Source: Alphaproteobacteria bacterium (GTDB lineage Bacteria > Pseudomonadota > Alphaproteobacteria > SHVV01). From it: a DNA stretch of 64,000 nucleotides. Location: contig OZ253470.1 in assembly GCA_965261735.1 (NCBI GenBank), positions 3,168,001-3,232,000 of the forward strand. The letters are read 5' to 3'. The notes under the pieces are model-generated. The model was not told the DNA's origin. It worked only from the letters and a program-made list of their open reading frames with translations, and ran no database searches. Shown piece after piece: positions 60,715 to 64,000 of the stretch; within the stretch, counting starts at the first letter, position 1; each line of letters begins with the position of its first letter. Both the position numbers and the translations under genes were made by a program.

Positions 60715-62010
60715 GGGAGTATCCGGAATTTTGTGCTTTGGGCCATAGTGATGAAAAAGAAAGGAGCATCCTATGGCAATCGAGAAGGAACTATTGGACC
60801 AGCTGTTGGAGGGGCGTGATCCGGAAACGGTATTCACCCAGGACGGTCTGCTTGACGAGTTGAAGAAAGGGCTGTCGGAACGTGTCCTGAATGCGGAGCT
60901 CGACGCGCATCTCGATGCGGAAACGGCGGATGGAAAAACCAATCGCCATAACGGCCGATCGCAGAAGACGGTCCTCACGGGTACGTCGAAGGTGACGCTG
61001 GATATTCCACGTGACCGGGCCGGCACCTTCGATCCGCAGCTGATCGCTAAATACCAGCGCCGGTTCCCGGACTTCGACGAGAAGATCATCTCCATGTATG
61101 CCCGCGGCATGACGGTCCGCGAGATCCGCGGTCACCTTCAGGAGCTGTACGGTATAGAGGTCTCACCGGACCTGATCTCAACGGTCACCGATGCCGTTCT
61201 CGAGGAGGTGAGCGAATGGCAGAACCGGCCGCTGGATGCCTGCTACGCCATCGTTTTCTTCGACGCCATCCGGGTCAAGATCCGCGACGAGGGGTTCGTT
61301 CGCAACAAGGCGGTGTATATCGCCCTCGCCATTCTTCCCGATGGCACCAAGGAGATCCTCGGTCTGTGGATCGAGCAGACCGAAGGCGCCAAGTTCTGGC
61401 TGCGCGTCATGAATGAGCTCAAGAACCGGGGCGTGCAGGACATCCTGCTCGCCGTCGTCGATGGTCTCAAGGGCTTCCCCGAGGCGATCAACGCCACCTT
61501 CCCCGAGACTGTGGTTCAGACCTGTATCGTCCACCTGATCCGCCATTCCATGAATTTTGCGTCATGGAAGGATCGAAAACATGTGGCCAAGGCGCTCAGG
61601 GACGTATACCGGGCCAAGGACGCCGATGCCGGCCTGGCGGCGCTGGATGCCTTCGAGGCCGGCCCCTGGGGCGAGAAATATTCGGCCATCGCACAGAGCT
61701 GGCGGCGCAACTGGGAACACGTCTCGCCCTTCTTTGTCTTCCCCGAGGCGGTACGCAGGATTGTCTACACCACAAACGCCATCGAGTCGCTCAACGCCAA
61801 GATCCGGCGCGCTGTCCGCACCCGCGGCCACTTCCCCAGTGACGAGGCCGCCTCGAAGTTGTTATATCTCGTTCTCGATCATGCGGCCGAGGCGTGGAAA
61901 CGTCCGCCGCGGGAATGGTTCGAGGCCAAAACACAGTTCGCCGTCATCTTCGGCGAAAGGTTCGTCAATGTCTGACAAAACGGCCCGAGCACAAATCTTC
62001 TGACACTCCC
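60715..62010 (+). mobile_element. IS256-family element (second, distinct type)
   Basis: Ends GGGAGTATCCGGAATTTTGTGC / GCACAAATCTTCTGACACTCCC; 8-bp target duplication CTGCGATC at 60707-60714 and 62011-62018. Confidence 0.95.
60773..61975 (+). CDS. IS256-family transposase
   Basis: IPRDRAGTFDP, VFFDAIRVK, VDGLKGF, QTCIVH, YTTNAIESLN. Confidence 0.95.
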   Translation: MAIEKELLDQLLEGRDPETVFTQDGLLDELKKGLSERVLNAELDAHLDAETADGKTNRHNGRSQKTVLTGTSKVTLDIPRDRAGTFDPQLIAKYQRRFPDFDEKIISMYARGMTVREIRGHLQELYGIEVSPDLISTVTDAVLEEVSEWQNRPLDACYAIVFFDAIRVKIRDEGFVRNKAVYIALAILPDGTKEILGLWIEQTEGAKFWLRVMNELKNRGVQDILLAVVDGLKGFPEAINATFPETVVQTCIVHLIRHSMNFASWKDRKHVAKALRDVYRAKDADAGLAALDAFEAGPWGEKYSAIAQSWRRNWEHVSPFFVFPEAVRRIVYTTNAIESLNAKIRRAVRTRGHFPSDEAASKLLYLVLDHAAEAWKRPPREWFEAKTQFAVIFGERFVNV

Positions 62011-62052
62011 CTGCGATCGCACGGTGCGGATCGTTATCAACTCAGTATCCGG

Positions 62053-62400
62053 TCAACCTTTGAGAAGCCGGATCAACATATGGCGAACATGGTCCTGCCC
62101 GCCGAAGAACACCGCCAGAACCCGTACTGTCTGACGTGCGTCATCAATATCGAACCAATAGATCGCCCGGTCGATCGTCAGATGCCTCAGACCCGGCAGG
62201 ATATTGGCGTGGCTTTCGCCGCGATATGGGGCGGCCAGAATGCGTTCCGCAGTCTCTCGAACGTCCAGAACCCGCGCTTCGGCATGGTCAAGCGCCGCCT
62301 CCACACTCTCGCCGAAGCTCCGGTAGCTCTCGAAGAGATGGTCGAAGATCAGCTCGAAATCACGCTCGGCTTCGACCGAAAACTCAAGACGAAAGGCCAT
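62053..62400 (-). CDS. ParE/RelE-family toxin
   Basis: FSVEAERDFELIFDHL...PYRG...PGLRHL...VRVLAVFFGGQD. Confidence 0.85.
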   Translation of the reverse strand: MAFRLEFSVEAERDFELIFDHLFESYRSFGESVEAALDHAEARVLDVRETAERILAAPYRGESHANILPGLRHLTIDRAIYWFDIDDARQTVRVLAVFFGGQDHVRHMLIRLLKG

Positions 62401-62665
62401 GCGCGCGGCGCTTCGCGGCGATCAACTCGGCCAGCTGGCCGCCCATCCGCGCCGCGCTGACGAATTTGCCTTCCCGGCGCCGGGCCAGAACCTCACGCAG
62501 TGCCTCGCGTTCCAGTTCTTCGGCGTCCATCCGTCCACGAAGCAGGTCAATGCCCTGTTGCAACACGGCGCTGACGCTGGAATAGCGCCCGGCCTCCACC
62601 AGCGCCCTGGCAAAGGCGTGTTGCTCGTCCGTGAGCGAGACCGAAGACTTGATAGTCATAGGCAT
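62384..62665 (-). CDS. ParD-like ribbon-helix-helix antitoxin
   Basis: SSVSLTDEQHAFARALVEAGRYSSVSAVLQQG; overlaps the toxin start. Confidence 0.85.
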   Translation of the reverse strand: MPMTIKSSVSLTDEQHAFARALVEAGRYSSVSAVLQQGIDLLRGRMDAEELEREALREVLARRREGKFVSAARMGGQLAELIAAKRRAHGLSS

Positions 62666-62947
62666 TTCTCCTCAGCCTCAAGGTAATACCCGGTAGTACC
62701 GACGTCAACTTCGGTGCTCTCGGAGGCATGTGCGCTGTGGCGTTTTTCGAGCGCGAACGGCGAGCTGGATGCGGCCAGGAGCCCCGCGTGAGACGAGGCT
62801 AGCGCAATACGGTTTAAGCATTGCCGAGGTGCCCAGGCGGACCGAGACCGTGGAGCGGAAGGCGATTGCTTGGCCATCTCAAGCCGGCGCGGAGGTGGCG
62901 CTACCTGTACGCGAGCAGAGTCCGCGAGTCCGTGATTGGCCGGCGAC

Positions 62948-64000
62948 TTACATTCGCATGCTCATGTGCCGGCCCTTGCTCTGCTGCTTGCCGGCCTTGC
63001 GCTCGGCGCGCTGTTGCCGCAACTCCCGGAGCTTCTCCGGATCGTCGAGCAGACGGGCGACGCGCTCCTCGCGCATCCGGAGGCTCTCGCCCTCGCGTTG
63101 CCCTGCCAGGGTCGCCGCGAGGTGCCGGTCGTCGTCTTCAAGCACTTCGCGCACGCGCGAGAGCGCCGACCCGAGGCTCTCCTCCCGGAGCTCGAGGCAA
63201 TCGAGGTGGATACCGTAATTCCCCCGGTCGTCCATGAGTCCCTCGCAACGATCCACCGCAAAGTCGGTCACGTCCCGCCATGTGTCGTAGTCCTCATGGC
63301 CGGGAACCGCCACGCCCCGCTCGGCCGCCTTGGCCTCCAGCGCCTCGCGGCGGTCCATCTGGCTCGCCATGTATTCGCGGCAACTGTCGAAGTAGTTGCG
63401 GTTCGACACTGCCTTGCCGAGCTGAGCGAGCACGGCGCCTATCTCCGATTTGACGCCGCGATCCAGGAGCATGTCTTTGGAGACGGTGTCCATCTCCTTG
63501 TGCAGACGGTCGTAGCCATCCGTATAGATGACATGGACACCCTCCTCCGCGGCACGCTCCACCTGGCGGTTCCAATCCCGCTTCAGCACCTCCGAGCGCT
63601 CCAGGACCTCCCGCGCGAAGGTCGCGGTCCGCAGCCGATCGTGGTAGTCCTGACCGCCGACAAGGTAGCCGATGGCGCGGCCAAAGCGGGAGAGCGCCGC
63701 TCGTACAGGCACACCGCCGCTGGACATGGCCTGCGCCCGGTCAGGTGTGTCGCCGTCATCCGATGCGAACCGAGGACCGACCCAGTGGCGGTTTTGCAGG
63801 CGCCGCAGCTCGCGCGCCTCCCGTTCGGCCAGCTCCTTGTCATCATCCCGGATCACCCCGCGAAGCGCCGAGAGCGCCATTATCATGTGGGTCTTGGCTT
63901 CCACGATCCTGTCAAGATGGGCATCATATGTTTCTTTGCCGGAGAGGATGGCCTCGCCCGCCGCCGTCAGGCGCTCGGCCTCCTGCCGCCAGTCCGGGTA
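62948..64000 (-). CDS. C-terminal part of a large protein, probably a conjugative relaxase
   Basis: Frame is open to the window edge; repeated helical units; basic tail KQQSKGRHMSMRM typical of relaxase C-termini. No catalytic motif is visible in the window. Confidence 0.5.
   Translation of the reverse strand, partial: YPDWRQEAERLTAAGEAILSGKETYDAHLDRIVEAKTHMIMALSALRGVIRDDDKELAEREARELRRLQNRHWVGPRFASDDGDTPDRAQAMSSGGVPVRAALSRFGRAIGYLVGGQDYHDRLRTATFAREVLERSEVLKRDWNRQVERAAEEGVHVIYTDGYDRLHKEMDTVSKDMLLDRGVKSEIGAVLAQLGKAVSNRNYFDSCREYMASQMDRREALEAKAAERGVAVPGHEDYDTWRDVTDFAVDRCEGLMDDRGNYGIHLDCLELREESLGSALSRVREVLEDDDRHLAATLAGQREGESLRMREERVARLLDDPEKLRELRQQRAERKAGKQQSKGRHMSMRM

Larger units (their letters stand above)
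40380..64000. mobile_element. degraded integrative/conjugative genomic island; right end beyond the window
   Basis: Truncated host gene at the left edge, then integrase, ssb, RIT and relaxase-like remnants, TA modules and nested IS; no core genes. Confidence 0.75.

Overview
This is a GC-rich alphaproteobacterial chromosome segment (Rhodospirillales-like, judged from gene order) in two parts. Bases 1 to about 40,380 are core and metabolic genes: pdxH, a 17-kDa-type lipoprotein, a Sel1 protein, a DnaJ-like gene, fabI, aroC, tlyA-dxs-ispA-xseB-HDAC, an acdA-like desulfinase, an RND pump, acyl-CoA enzymes and sua5. This part carries three IS elements (IS5, IS1 with passenger genes, IS1595) and several broken genes. 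From about 40,380 to the window end lies a decaying integrative/conjugative island that truncates a PAS sensor gene. It holds integrase, RIT and ssb remnants, a probable relaxase tail, two toxin-antitoxin pairs and nested IS3/IS256/IS110 elements. It also holds a surface-display locus: a lipidated subtilisin autotransporter followed by three repeats of a TbpB-barrel lipoprotein, terminator and Slam (T11SS) module. Best leads: (1) the multi-cassette Slam/T11SS locus with its NalP-like protease; (2) an intact 2-kb IS1-family element whose non-coding middle folds into several long hairpins and contains a 12-nt copy of the element's own subterminal sequence; (3) a DnaA/CtrA/GANTC site cluster at about 3.1 kb. 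All product calls come from motif recognition by eye; no database searches were run.
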